This document shows, one piece after another, positions 24,626-36,775 of a stretch of 64,000 bases of DNA. Positions within the stretch are counted from its first letter, which is position 1; each line of letters begins with the position of its first letter. Source of the stretch: Lama guanicoe (Eukaryota); assembly GCA_013239625.1 (NCBI GenBank), contig MU054323.1, positions 1,550,001 to 1,614,000 of the forward strand. Reading direction: 5' to 3'. A program made the position numbers and the translations under genes. A model generated the notes under the pieces. It was given only the letters and a program-made list of their open reading frames with translations. It ran no database searches and was not told where the DNA came from.

Positions 24626-26339
24626 AAAAACAGAAATCATCTGTATATGCCACACTAGTTGATTTTACTTCAGAGTGATTCACAGCCAAGATTTTATTGA
24701 TATGGGCCTACGTAAGTATTTTAACTCCTAAGCTCTCAAAAGGTGACAGATTTTATTTGTGAAACTGTGGTTTCTAGGATCCTAGATTTGTTAATAGAGA
24801 TGGCATAATGCCTTCTGAAATTGTTCCAGAGCAATCATCCAATTTTTACAAATTATAAAGTAACAGGGAATCACATAAAACTTCTGTTAATTATTTTCCC
24901 AAAGAAGTATATTTGAAGCAGTGTTGCCTAGTACCAGCAGTGTCCCTTAACTGTTCGTCAAAGAAATAGTCCACGCTGATTGTCTATTTTTTTTAACCAA
25001 TATACTAGAAAATTTATACCTGGAAAATCAGTATTTAAAATCATGCAAGATTTTCTGAACATATGAATGTTGCATCCCAAGTCAAAGCTGATGGTCTCTG
25101 ATTGAAACTGAATGCTATGACTACTCCAAATGTTGCCTTTTCTCTTTGAAATACAATTAAAGATCTAAAATGGTAGGTACCTAATAATTGCTTGTTGAAT
25201 AACTGGAAAGAAAAATCCATGGCACAGGTAATCAAAAATTTCTAAGATACAAGAATATGAAAAAATAATTTTAGTCTCAACCCATTTAGGTGCCCCTAGT
25301 ATTACACCATAGCAGCCCTGTTTGTACCAGACACCTGGGCAGCAGTGGATTCAATGAGATTTTCTCTCTCATGAACTTGGACTGAAAGACTCTAGTCAGG
25401 CCTCACTAGAAGAGATGATAGCTCCATTTGACGCTGTACATGCAGGGCAAGAAAGCCAGTCTTAAGTGTCCGTGTGCGCTGAGAGGCTAGTGGAGTAGTG
25501 TTACAAAGCCAGTAGGAAGCAGATGTATGCAAACAGGAAAACAGGGACTCTAGAGAAGGAATGCAAGAGAGAAGGAGGGCAGGGAGAAAGAGACTTCATA
25601 TGGTGTTTAAGTTTTATCCACTGCTTTCCAAACTTATACTGACAGGACCAATTTTAAAGAAATATAAAAAAATCTATACATATTTTGTTGGAACTGTTTT
25701 GGGCAACTACCTTTGTCAGGTTTTATTATGACAATGCATGCTTCACTAAGTAAACTGGGTAGTTTCCCCATCTTTTTAATGCTGTGAAATGACTACCACG
25801 GCATGAATGACATTTAAATGATTTTTTAAAGTGAGAAAGAACAAAGCTTAAAGCTATTAGATAACAGAGACTATTTTAATTTTACAAAATCATCTCAATT
25901 TCTTTCTTGTATACTGGTTTTTACTGGTTCACTGTACCTTCCTAGAACATTTTTGATGTAATTTTATTTTCCAAAACATCGACAATTTAAAGTCTCAAAC
26001 TTACTACACGATATTACCTTATTTTGTAAAATCCTCGTCTATCGTCATGACTCCTTTCATGTGAACTCTATTTAAATTTAAATTTTTCCTCCCCAAAGTA
26101 ATTATTTGAGTTTATCAAATCTAGTTTTTCTTTAATGAGAATATTTTAATGCTTACTCATATATTTTTATACAACCAAATATAAGAGATAAGCAGTGGGG
26201 CCAGAGTTCAGTCTATAATTCTTTACCCAAAGTGCAAGCTAAAAAAGCACACAAAGATTTCTAAGAAGATAGAATAGATGTACTTTTCCTTATTCCTCCT
26301 GCTTATTAAAACTAAAAACCATGAAAATCATACATACTG

Positions 26340-27000
26340 TAAAACAAGCATAAAGATGACTCTGAAAGAGAAGGAAGTAGATTGGCTAGGGACTTCACAA
26401 ACCCAGGAATGACACCATGGTGGTTCCCTGAGTTTTGTTTTGCTTCAACTATCCCAGACTTGGAGAAGCCAGCAACTGGGGAAACACCAACAAGCGCAGG
26501 GGAAAAACAAGAAGGCCTAAAAAAGTTTGCTCTCTCTAGACAAACAACAGGAAAAGGGGAGCCGAACAAGACAGAAAACTAGATAAGAATCACTCTCCTC
26601 TAGTCAAATACCACTGAAAAAACTGCAGTCCTTCCTCTTTCTACCCAGTGTCAGCAAAGGCCAAGTGGTAGCCTGGACCTCCACCCTGGAGATGCTAGGA
26701 GGAGGAATATCAACATCCCAAGTGGGCTAGTGTCAGAGAAGGCTGTGTAGGCCAAGTAGGGAGCCATGATTATGGCATCAGTTGGAGACCACTGAGAGAA
26801 CTTAGATGCCCACCCCCAACAGGGGGTAACAGGATGCTACTTACTCCCACTTCCCCTTGGATGGTGTCAGAAGAGGCCTTGTACCACTGCCCGGAGAGGT
26901 GTGGAGGCCACCCCACTGCAGTGTCCACATGGGGAGCTGAAACTCCCACCCCAGCCCAACTGTCCTCGTGAGCTACAGAAAGAGCTCTGGTAAAGTTCCA
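26340..27000 (+). mobile_element. probable old L1 5' region relic
   Basis: Purine-rich sequence of higher GC with CCTGAGTTTTGTTTTGC and repeated GTGTCAG units; family inferred. Confidence 0.35.
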
Positions 27001-27034
27001 GATGTGAGTCTCTGTGCATAAGGACTAAAAAACT

Positions 27035-27365
27035 CTAGAGCAGCAGTTCCCAAAGGATGTGGTTGTCTTAAAAAGTACAAAAGACCTCAAAGAGCGTTTG
27101 TTTTTAAATTTTACCATATTGTAAATAAGACTGAAAAACATTAAAACAAGCAACATACAAGTACACATACCATCAGCTGTCATAGCAATGGTATCATCAC
27201 ACGTCTTGTAACCTCTGGCAAACTCCACTGTACAGTCATAAGTGAATGAATATGAAAAACGCAAATAACATTTCAATATTTTTATGAAAACAATTTTGAT
27301 CTTGTAGATGCTTTGAAAGAGTCTCATGGACCCCTGGATACCACTTGGCAAACTGCTACTGTAGG
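27035..27365. mobile_element. hAT-Charlie MER element
   Basis: Ends CAGCAGTTCCCAAAG ... GGCAAACTGCT typical of Charlie-derived MITEs. Confidence 0.55.
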
Positions 27366-27469
27366 AAATACTATAAGCATGTCCATGATACTGTGTTATA
27401 AATTATAAGGTAGAGGTAGCAAATAATAAAGGTAGGGCAGCAAAGAGGCCAGCCACAGAATGACTGGTA

Positions 27470-27635
27470 GACGTGATATACAGAGTGTGGTCCAAGGACT
27501 AGCAAGTAGCAGTCACATCTCCTAGGAACCTGTTAGACATCCAGAATTTCAGGCCTCAATTTAAACCAAGTGAATCTGAATCTTCATTTTAACAAGGTCT
27601 CGGGTGACTCACAAGCACATTAAAGTCTAATAAGA
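27470..27635. mobile_element. MER5-like hAT MITE
   Basis: AGTGTGGTCCAAGGACTAGCA...GAATCTGAATCTTCATTTTAACAAG...GCACATTAAAGT. Confidence 0.7.
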
Positions 27636-29419
27636 ATTGTTGTAAACAACATTAAAAAACTTCGACTTTATCCTATTCTGAAGGCAACAAGGAACCTAAT
27701 TTATCATGATAAATCAAACACCATTTAAAGAGTTTATTAGTTAACGTCCAAAGGACATTTAACCTAAACAAATGCTTTTTTGAGACAGTATTAGCGTTAT
27801 AGTCACAAATACATAACATTCAGTATTTTTTTTAACAAATAACTTAATGCTTATTTTGAATCTCTTACTTTAGAACTTGAAAATCAAACATAATTCTCAA
27901 ATTATTTAATAGCAGCAAGAATTAATGTATATTGGTTTCAGCTTGTTGCTAATTTCAATTCCCTAGAATACCACCAGGCCATTATTTTCCCCACACCTCC
28001 TTCTTTCCCACTCTTACCGCTGTTCTTTTCTCAATTACAGACATTTATTTATTATAGAAGAGCAAAGATAAAGCATTACTTCTTGGTTTTCCCAACATTA
28101 AATAACCTTTTAGACACTGCTTTTATTAATGCTTAATAGATGATCTTGCAGTGAGCAGACACTCAAACATCAGCTGATTGATTTTAGTATTTTCCCATTA
28201 GAAAATGGTACTTTTTCAAATAAAATTGGGGGGAAGAAGAGGCACGAAGGTATATGTGATTAGCTGATTAGCTTTTCACAATGAATGTGAGATTCTATAC
28301 CACACAGAAGACAGTGCTACATGACGACGATGTTTTTTATTTGCTGTGCTTGGCCTGGGGTTTGCAGTTTGCTGTTAGGTTGCCATAGTAACCTGCATCT
28401 AACAGACACAGAAGGATCCTACCTTTTAAAAAGGGAATCACTCTGTAATTTACTGATAATGGATTTTTAAAAACACATATGACTGTCCTGAGAGTTAAAC
28501 ACAGGTTAAAACAGTAAAATTGCTTCCAATAAGCTAAAGAGACATATAAATAGATGCAAAGAAAAATTCTTTTAAATATTCTGTATTACATAAAAAAAAG
28601 GGGGGGGGAAGAAGCTCCTCTGGAATTTTCAATACATCCATAAAGCTCCCTATAGTCTTTAATATTTGTTTATTTACAATAAAAAATCAAAATTAAGGAA
28701 CATATTTCTCTCTCACAGAAAGCAAACTCCATTAGAGCAGGAACAGTAACAAATATGCAAATTATCAATAAAAATAAGTTCAAGAAGAAAAACCAATAAC
28801 CAAGGGTTAATTACAGCAAATATATACATAGGAAATTTGATAGCAACCAAAAGAATTTTAACAGGATTATAAATTTCTAAATTGTAAATTTTACTCTGAG
28901 TACCTAATAATTCACACTTCCCATTAATATCAATGTAGGGGCTACCAGCAGTGAGAACAGACATAAGAGAACCGCAATTACCAACAGAAAATAGTAGTTA
29001 AAAAAGGCAAATTGCTGCTGCTTGTGTATATGCCATGGGCTGTTTACATCATTCCCAGTTCCACTCCTCCTACCACCACGGACATATTCATTCTACACTA
29101 AACAGCCTAATTTTTAACACACTGAATTAATTAAGCACACTGCTTGAAATATATCATGAAATCATATGAGATGCAATAGATAGTAATATAAATAAGTGAA
29201 AAATTCATTAGTCTATGCAATTAAACAATTCCAGATGAGCAAAACTGGAAAGTACTAAGCATAGCACTTCAGATAAAATTTGAACATGCATTTTGTGTTT
29301 TTAAAAAATCCCTGTGGTCTCAATACAGAAGACAGATGAGGCAGAGTGAGTGAGAACCAGGGCAAAAGAGACCTGTCTCTAAAGGATAAGGGGTGCTGAA
29401 CAAAAGCAGTGGCAGGCAT

Positions 29420-29795
29420 ACCAATGTTCACTGCAGCGTTATTTACAATAGCCATGATGTGGAAGCAACCTAAGTGTCCATCAGCAGATAATGGGTAAAG
29501 AAGATGTCACACATACACACACAAATATTATGTAGCTGTTAAAAATGAAAACTCGCCATTTGCAACAACATGGATGAATCTAGAGGGTATTATGCCAACG
29601 GAAATAAGTCAGAGAAAGGCAAATACCCATATGACAAGGCAAATACCCATATGACCTCACTTATATGTGGAATCTACAAAAGAAACAAAACACATGAAAA
29701 CAAACTCATAGATACAAAGAACAAATGGATAGCTGCCAGAGAGGAGAGGAGGGGGAAGGGTGAAATAAGTGAAAGGGATTAAGAAGTACAAACCT
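29420..29795 (+). mobile_element. L1 3' fragment
   Basis: CCAATGTTCACTGCAGCGTTATTTACAATAGCC...GGAAGCAACCTAAGTGTCCATCA...CCATTTGCAACAACATGGATG. Confidence 0.85.
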
Positions 29796-29799
29796 TTTC

Positions 29800-29960
29800 T
29801 TTAATCCTCAACACCCTTAGGAGATAAATATTGTCCTTATTTTACAAAAGGGGATATTGAGACTCAACTAACAGATATCCGGACTTATGTAGCTATGACT
29901 TTTAACAGAGCCTAGATCCAAACTCAGGTTTGTCAAAGCCCAAAGTCACTGCTCTTTAAT
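29800..29960 (-). mobile_element. MIR SINE
   Basis: TTAATCCTCAACACCC...CTTATTTTACAAAAGGGGATATTGAGACTCA. Confidence 0.6.
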
Positions 29961-31403
29961 GCCCAAATTCCTCCCGGCATAAACTGAGTTTAGCCAAGTT
30001 TGACTATGTATAGGCAGTGAAACTGGCCATTAATCTGCTCATCTTCTTGTCTACCCTTTGTTAATATATACAACTACAAAAAGAATTCTTATGTAACGTG
30101 TCCCTCTAATTAAAACTTTGGGCTTACTTTATAAAATTTCATTTTGTGTTTAATTTTCAGAAACAGCCTTCATTCTTAAATGCTAAATGCCATTATCCGT
30201 AGACTGAGCAGGTTTGGCAAGGAGAGAGGATAAATAACACATTTTGCTTGAAAACACTGGGCTTGAAGTGTTCCTAGGATACTAAGACAGGCTGGTGGGC
30301 AGTAAAATATACTCTGCAGTAGAGGTGGATTTGGGAGTGGAGCTAAGAAAGCCACAGAAACTATTCTGAATTTGTTTACCAGGGAAAGTATGTTGAGTGA
30401 GAAGGATGTATCTTATTAACTAGTGAATCAAAAACACTAACATTAATGTAAGTGTCTACCCTTGACCCTCAGTTTTCTGGACTTACGAGTGCGTGAATGT
30501 GTGTGTGGGTGTGCGTGTAACTCTGAGGTTTAATTATGTCTTACATACAAAGCATACCATTACGGTAAAAGTTTGAGTTATTTATTAATTCCTGAAAGTA
30601 AGCTAAGTGCAGCTTTGATTAATTTTCCTAACTTAGGTCTAAAAATGATAGTCAAAATTGTATCTATACAAAATTCTACATCCAGGCACTCAGTAAAATA
30701 TATTCAGTAAAATAAACTTTCGGGAATAAAACTTGTTTTTCACTGTAACCACTTTAACATGCCATTTGTGCTGACTTTCTGCCAGACTCAATTCTAATAC
30801 TTTATACTAATTACAGATGGACACATACATAAAACTGAAATTCTCTCTCTCTACCCGGACCCCTGCCCCAACACATTTAAGAATCCTGTGCGTTAGGTAC
30901 TATGTTATTTTCTCCAATTACAGAACAGGAACTGAACTCTATAGAGGTGTTACCGTAAACTTGCCCATAGTCACACAACACTGGTTCTGTCTTACACAAA
31001 AACATGTTTTTAGGCAATATTCTAGTAATCTCCAAACTTTTTTCTACTTATAACCTTCAAGGAAAAAAAAAAGCCTGTAAATACACATCCCCACAGGAAA
31101 TTATTACCCTGCATATTTTACACAGTAATAGAATGAGATAGAGCAAATCTAAGTTCTAATATGCTCCCTCCCCACCCACACAGGCCAGTGCATAAGCTAC
31201 CCAATATTTTAAAAGATTATACAGCAGCCGTCTAAGCCAGGGAATGTGGACTTTTTCTCTTTTGAATATACCTTCCGGAATAGCTTCTCTTTAAAACACT
31301 TTCTTTTACTCTCCAACTCATGAAATATACAGCGTAGTAGTCGCTCACATAAATTCTGTCTTCAGGATATAAACACTAAATTGTTGCTCCTTCTAGGAAT
31401 TAC

Positions 31404-31486
31404 CACAGTACCACCTCCAGCCCTATTGGTCCTCCAGCTCTTTCTCTACCCGGAGTCCTGTGGTTCCGCAATTTCCAATAGTGATT
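31404..31486 (-). other. SMC6: candidate SMC6 internal 5' UTR exon
   Basis: Minus-strand pyrimidine tract (~31510-31527), then AAG| at 31487 and donor GTG|GTAATT at 31403; splice signals only. Confidence 0.3.
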
Positions 31487-32057
31487 CTTTTCCAGTTCGT
31501 TTCCACAGGAAAATGAGGGAAAAGAAATGCCATCATAAAACCTCCAAACACCACAATTTAATTTTTCTAGATAATGCAGTTTGCATTTTCATGAAATTAG
31601 GATTTAACAACAAATCCAATTTAAGTGATATTTACATATATCTCTTAAACATACTTAAGTTGCTCCTTGTGTAGTAGCACCAGATCGGTGATCCGAACGC
31701 AACCTCCACCTTTTTCCCTTATCCCCCTTAGAGCCACTCGCCACAGCCAAAGGGCCGTCTGGGGCCGGGCGCCGGGTCCCGCAGCCCGAGCTGGGATTTG
31801 CAAGCCTCGCGGCCAGAGCCGCCCGAGGGAGGGGCCCAGCGGACACGGGCAAGTTTCTGGCGGCTGAGGGGACCTGTGCCGCCTGCGGAGAGGGCGCGAA
31901 GATCCCGGCTGGCCTGCCCGGGCCGCAGGGGCAGCCTGGACACCACCGCAGCACCGCTGACCCGGCCGCCTCCAAGGGGGCTGCGGGGTGCCGGCCAAGG
32001 GGGCAGCGACAGGGGGATGAACCAGGAGCAAGGGAGAGCGACAGCGCGCGCCCTCAC

Positions 32058-32280
32058 CCTACCTCGAACAAGTCGAAGTCTCCCCGAGGAACCCGATCCG
32101 CGGGGCTGTCGCGGTGCAACCAGACGTTAAAGCCACCGTAGGGGCGCCTCGGCCTCGGCCGGCCGCCGTTGGCCCGCCGGGAACCGTGCGCCGGCCGCGG
32201 GAGAAGACAGGAGCCCGATCGCTCCGGCGCCCACCGCGGGACGCTCCGCGCCTGCGCCCCGCCCCCCCCTCCCGCCGGGA
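32058..32280 (-). other. SMC6: candidate SMC6 non-coding first exon (start site approximate)
   Basis: Within the CpG island; minus-strand donors GAG|GTAGGG (exon end 32063) and AGG|GTGAGG (exon end 32058); a 5' UTR exon is needed because the ATG exon has a splice acceptor. Confidence 0.55.
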
Positions 32281-32339
32281 CTCCGCCCGCGCGTGCGCCG
32301 TTTGGAGTTTTCGCGCCACTGGCGTCTGAGAGGAGGGGC

Positions 32340-32831
32340 CGGAAGTGCCCCTGGGCGGATGGGGGAAGCGGGCAAGAGCTCCGTGCTTGGCGACTGCAGG
32401 ACGCGGAGGTGGGAGGCGGGTGATTTGCCTAAGTGAAAGGGAAAAAGCTCGGAGCCCCATACGACAGCTTCACGCATGCGTACAACAGACCGGCTAGGAG
32501 CCGGGAAAGCAGTGTGCGGCCTCGGTCGCGGGAAGGGGGACAGTCACTTCCCGGAAGAGGCGGGGCCGTGTGGGAGAACGCGCTGAATTCGAAGTGTTTG
32601 CAGGGAGCTTTCCGGGTCAAGATGCTAAGCCCCAAAGGCTAGTCTTCAATCGGGAATGGAAAGAGCAAGTTTTTCCTTTTCTCTTTCTTTTGTTTCTTTT
32701 TCTTTCGTTTTTGTTTTTGTTTTTGCGAAGAGAAAATCTAGAAGCTTGGAGGCAGCGATAGTTAGGATTCAGGCCAAACTGGTAAATGACGGAAGGGCGT
32801 CTTTCAAAGCCAAGGAGAAGGGGTTGTCCCG
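32340..32831 (+). other. GEN1: region of candidate GEN1 non-coding first exon(s); donors after 32408 (GAG|GTGGGA) and 32831 (CCG|GTAAGT)
   Basis: Plus-strand donor consensus inside the CpG island; the ATG exon at 40144 has an acceptor, so an upstream exon is needed. Confidence 0.5.
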
Positions 32832-33709
32832 GTAAGTCCCCAGAGTGGTGGAGAGGCGACTCCGCCCGGGCCCTTCCGCTGGCTCCTTTGCAGGCTGGGT
32901 TGGGGGCACGCTCTGCCTTGGCGTCCCTGTCGCGTTCGCCCGCCTCCAAAAACACGGTCAGCGGCTCCCTTTGAGCCCAGCAGGACGGCGGCCAGAGCCT
33001 CTGGCCGCGATCCGGCAATACTTTACGCGCCTGGAGTGTCGCCGCCCCCCACTCCGGGGCGGTGCCAAGGCCACGGGGTCCCCAATGTCCTTCCCCCCGC
33101 GCGCTGTGGGGCAAATTCCCTCGCCTCGTCCAAGGCCTTCTTGGGTCAGCCTTCCCGGATCCCCCTCGGCACACTTGAGTGTTCCTCTTTTTCAGTGTGA
33201 ACTTTGTGTTTTGAAAATACTTCCATTATAGCGATTACCTTAAGGCATTGTGGTTGTTTATTTACAATCTTTTTTCCCCCGTGCGAACCTATGTTGTAGA
33301 ACCCCACAATAAATATGGGAACCAACGAAATTTAAATTCCTTGGATTAGCTTTTAGCGCTCCTGTCAACCCGGCTTAACCTACCGCTTCTGTCTTTACAC
33401 ACCTCTCCTCGTGATACGCTGAACCAACTAAATAATCTACTTTCTCTACTCCAAAATCTTGCTTTTTAGATGGAAAAAAAGTGGTGTTTACCGTTACCCC
33501 AAAACACCCCCGAAGAAACTGATATCAAACTTCCGGTCTCCTGTAATGAAATTCCTTCCATAAGACACTTTTATTTCTAAAGATAATCAAATATATGGTC
33601 CTGTTTTGGCCCTTGCCATGATACACATATGTCATAGTCAAAATAGATGAAAACACTACAACATCTGGCCTAAGGGGTCCTTGTTGGTAAAAGATGGGAA
33701 ACACAGTTG

Positions 33710-33970
33710 GAAGGTCTCCGCTTAGATGTCACTTCCTGTAGGAAGCCTTCCTTGATGCCCTAGACTAGATAAGGTATCTTTAGATCTATATACTCCTGTA
33801 GTTCTCTAGCCTACTTCTGTGCCTGTACTTGTCCCGTTGTTATAATTCTCTTTATCTCTAATCACACTCTGCCAAGTTCCTTAAATGCAGGGCTTAATCT
33901 TTAATTACTGTATCTGCACCACCAAGAAGAGTTCTGGTGCATAGTAGGCATTTAATACATATTTATTAGT
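33710..33970 (+). mobile_element. L2 3' end
   Basis: GATGTCACTTCCTGTAGGAAGCCTTCC...CATAGTAGGCATTTAATACATATTT. Confidence 0.7.
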
Positions 33971-36464
33971 AACAAGTAAGTTAAGCCTGGGTTATATTAT
34001 GATTTAAAGTTTAAGTGAAATTCATATAAAAATAAAGCTGAAGAAGTAAAAAAAAACGGTATTAATTAGTGGAATCCTGTGGTAAATCCTATACAATACA
34101 ATCCTGTGCTGAAATAAACTGTACAATTTACCAGTCTTTATATGAAAATACAGAGTCATTCTGAATGGAAATTGGGAAATTTAAAATATTTCCTGCTTTA
34201 CTGTTAAAAAAATTGTAGTGTTTTTGCTTAAAACTGAAATAAAACTGGAAAACTGCTAGTTTAATAAAATGTATATTTTTGCATAAATCAAACCGCTGAC
34301 TTCTTTTTATGTTCTTTAAATTTGATTCATTAGTGGAATTAGCAAGGTTCTGTGCTTTTCTCACCTCATTCAGTTTTATAATTAACCAATAAAAACTTAC
34401 TCGCTTTTAAGGAAGTTTTAGAAACATAAATTGATTTATGGGGCACCATATGGTTACATCAAAGGGATCTGGTTTTTTTTAACCTGAAGGGGATTCTTAA
34501 AACTCTTTCTTTAAACTAGAAATTCACGGTCTTTCTACCAAGCAATAATATCTGAAATAGTGATTTTTTTTTAATACCAAGCTATCAAAATTGGTGATGA
34601 GATTCAAAGGATATCAGAATCTTATAATTCATCTAGTTTAATATGTATCATTTCGTAGATCAGTTAAATGTCTTCTCAAGGTCATACAGCTAGTCCGTGC
34701 ATATCCAAGACTGAAATTCTAGCTTTTCTATCCCAAGTCCAGTGCTCTTTCACTAAAGTAAATAAATTGAAGCCACTAATAGGCTATGAAGTTATTTCAG
34801 TTTTCACCCTATTAAAATAAAATGCAAGATAAAATTATCCATAGTTTTGGGTGAGTTTGCTATGTGTAGTATTTTTAAATTTTACTTAATGCTGAGCTAT
34901 TTTCAAGTAACCTTATCAGGTTGATCATGACCTCATGCAAGAACCATCTGTTCTGTCTTTGAGTGTAGTTGTACTTGAATATCTTAAGAGTTGTTGCATT
35001 CTGTCCCTTTTTGGAACTTTAAATAACTTTACCGTCTTTCTATTGCTACTTAATATCACTGCAGAGGAAGGGCTGGTGCAAAAAACAAAATGACAAGGAA
35101 TAGAAAATGATGTCTCAGGGAAATAGACATTTTGGATTAACTACATTCTTAAAACATGTTATGGTGTTATTTTTCATAAAATAGATATTTCACGTAATTT
35201 ACCCTTTAGAACTACTGAAGTATTCTTTTAATATTCTCCTTTTACAAATGATTTTCAAAGGAACATGAATGAACTTAAAGACCTTGGGTTGTAGATCTAC
35301 TGAAGATAATCCTATTTTAAAAGAATGTGTTAACATTTAGAACACTGTAATTTTAGTTTAATATCTTCTGCATTTTACAACTGGCTATAAGATAGCACCA
35401 TAAATGAAGTAAATTAACTGGTGACAAGCAGAAGTTATGTCACCTTTAAGGAAATTCACTGTCCATTACCTAAGAGATGATGATTTTAATATGTTTTAGA
35501 TTTTTAAACAAGACCATTCTGGCTTCCCTGAGCAGAATGATTGTGTAGGGGTGGAGGGTAAGGAAAAAGTGGAAGCAAGGAGACCAGTTAGGAGACTACA
35601 GGCAGCACCAGGGGAGGATCATTAGAAATGGGGGTTTAGGATGTATTTTGGAGACAGGAAACTTGCTGATCAAGTTGCTGTTAGAGAGCAAATTCAAGAG
35701 AACTGTCAAAAATGACTACTAGGTTTTTGGCCTAAGCAACTGGATGTTTGAGAATGACTAGGGCTAGAACAGTTTTAAGAAGTGATGGAATCAAGAATTA
35801 GATGCATATTACTCATCCATATAAAGATAAAATAGGGGATTAGATATTCTTATCAAGAACTCGGAGGAGTTGTCAGATGATAAGGGATAAATGTTAGAGA
35901 GGGGGAGGGAAGAAGAGTTCCATCATAATAAGAGTCTTCAAAGGGGACCCAGCAATGATGTCCTTTCCAGTGTAGTCTGCCTCTAACTGACTCTAAAAAT
36001 ATTACTCTTCCTGTAAGTCTGTCTGCTAACTTTCCAATTCTTATGCCTACCCCAGTCTTTTAAATATTGTTACTTGGCATAGTTCTAATCTATCATTTTT
36101 TAGTTAAAAGAAATGAAGACTATATAAAGCCTTCCAGTTATTCAAGGCTTAATGGAAATTAACTAATGGTAAGTTACAAGAGAAAAAAAAAAACAAACAG
36201 ATTTGTTAGGGCATGTCAGAGAGAGAGGCTTGCTCCTAAAAAGGTGTCCTTGATTCCTATGATTCCAAGAAAAAAGTGAGGGAAAAAAGCGTATTTCATG
36301 GTAGCAATTCTTTCATGGTTATGAACGAAACATAGCAGACCATTACTGCTTTATAGAAGTATGCCTGGGGAGCATGAGAGAGAGTCTAACCTTTTTCAAA
36401 TCCATTTCTGTAGATACACGGGCCTCGAGGTTCAGGTACCAAAGTTGTTTAAAAAGAAATTGGA

Positions 36465-36775
36465 TGAAGGTGGTCAAAAGTTACAAATTTCCATTTATAA
36501 AATAAGTAAGTACTAGGGATGATTAATAAAATTAACGCTACTGTACATTATATGTGAAAGTTGTCAAGAGAGTAAATTTTAAAAGTTATCATCACATGGA
36601 AAAAGTTTTTTTTCTTTTTCTTTTAATTTGTATCTGTATGAGATGATAGATATTCACTATACTTACGTAGTAACTGTTTCATGATGTATGTAAGTTAAAT
36701 CATTATGTTGTACACCTGAAACATGCACAGTGCTGTATGTTAGTTATATCTCCTTAAAACTGGAAGAAAAAAATG
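36465..36775 (+). mobile_element. L1 3' end
   Basis: GAAGGTGGTCAAAAGTTACAAATTTCC...TTATGTTGTACACCTGAAAC...TTATATCTC, then A-rich tail. Confidence 0.8.

Larger units (their letters stand above)
31720..33180. promoter_or_regulatory. CpG island / bidirectional promoter shared by SMC6 and GEN1
   Basis: Sharp GC- and CpG-rich block between divergent genes. GC boxes 32256-32265 and 32558-32568; NRF1-like GCGCGTGCGC 32289-32298 and ACGCATGCGT 32472-32481; E2F TTTCGCGC 32309-32316; ETS CCGGAAGTG 32339-32347. Confidence 0.93.

Noticed and set aside
31645..33231. Many overlapping Arg/Pro/Gly-rich ORFs
   Set aside because: Expected from stop-codon scarcity in a CpG island; no recognisable protein
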